DNA of 32,000 bases. Origin: Candidatus Micrarchaeum sp. GTDB lineage: Archaea; Micrarchaeota; Micrarchaeia; Micrarchaeales; Micrarchaeaceae. The notes under the pieces were generated by a model, which saw only the letters and a program-made list of their open reading frames with translations, searched no databases and was not told where the DNA came from. The position numbers and the translations under genes are program-made. Positions 31,861 through 32,000 of the stretch are shown piece after piece. The DNA lies in NCBI RefSeq assembly GCF_016806735.1, contig NZ_CP060530.1:660001-692000 (forward strand). Direction: 5' to 3'. How positions within the stretch are numbered: the stretch's first letter is position 1; every line of letters starts with the position of its first letter.

Positions 31861-32000
31861 GTGCACAGGTATATAAAGGGGGCAAGGAGCGAACGCGAGC
31901 TTATAAACACGCTTTATGAAAAGGAATACTCTGTTATGAGGAGCGCCGGGAGCGGCGTAAATTCCCTGAGCCCGGACATAATAGCGTTTAAATCGGGAAA
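31861..32000 (+). CDS. hjc: Holliday junction resolvase Hjc, N-terminal fragment (continues past the window end)
   Basis: (M)HRYIKGARSERELINTLYEKEYSVMRSAGSGVNSLSPDIIAFKSG aligns with the Hjc N-terminus ([28 protein letters not shown]...DLVA). GTG 31861 has GGTGT 4 nt upstream and a TATTATATA element ~30 nt upstream. An in-frame ATG at 31801 overlapping the antiporter stop is the alternative start. Confidence 0.75.
   Translation, partial: MHRYIKGARSERELINTLYEKEYSVMRSAGSGVNSLSPDIIAFKSG

Noticed and set aside
1-32000. CRISPR arrays, IS elements/transposases, integrases, toxin-antitoxin pairs, known defence systems
   Set aside because: No regularly spaced direct repeats, no terminal inverted repeats with transposase ORFs, no integrase-like ORF and no nuclease/ATPase defence-type gene pairs were found on either strand.

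Overview
This looks like an archaeal chromosomal segment, densely packed and mostly housekeeping. The archaeal markers are GGGP synthase, the Spt5-L11 pair, Hjc, a Hef-type helicase, ScpA/ScpB, TATA-box promoters about 25-30 nt from gene starts, and two tRNAs. A cytochrome bd operon, many orphan proteins and heavily N-x-S/T-sequon-rich surface proteins suggest a small-genome acidophile, possibly a Micrarchaeota/DPANN-like or Thermoplasmatales-like organism. That placement is inference only.

I call about 32 protein genes, 2 tRNAs (Val-GAC and Phe-GAA), several promoter, operator or terminator-like elements, and one compact structured transcription unit. Translation signals are readable. Many genes carry a G(G)TGA(T) Shine-Dalgarno 2-8 nt before the start. 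At least three gene pairs are coupled by TAATG or TGATG stop/start overlaps: cydB with the 7TM gene, the ProDH-like gene with the SDR, and ScpA with ScpB. A fourth TGATG lies at the antiporter stop.

No CRISPR array, integrase, transposase or recognisable defence system was seen. The observations most worth follow-up are:
- **Missing canonical starts.** In two unrelated conserved genes (PduO-type adenosyltransferase and adenine phosphoribosyltransferase), the family-conserved N-terminus lies upstream of any ATG, GTG or TTG. Both have an in-frame ACG a few nt behind a GTGAT Shine-Dalgarno that contains the upstream gene's TGA stop.
- **Structured unit at 18734-18999.** It runs from a TATA box to an oligo-T tract and contains two nested perfect 9-bp long-range helices wrapped around an SD-led 48-codon ORF.
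- **AT-rich accessory stretch next to tRNA-Phe.** It holds a 10-cysteine mini-protein and a NifX-like protein. A B12-domain-like radical SAM gene is transcribed divergently from it.
- **Orphan pair.** A strongly signalled 650-aa orphan gene sits beside a small acidic helical protein.
- **Degenerate or remodelled family members.** These are an EF-Tu-like protein with no P-loop, a ProDH-like protein lacking the paired arginines, an LplA-like protein with an altered nucleotide motif, an NFACT protein lacking NFACT-R, and a Hef protein lacking its nuclease domain.
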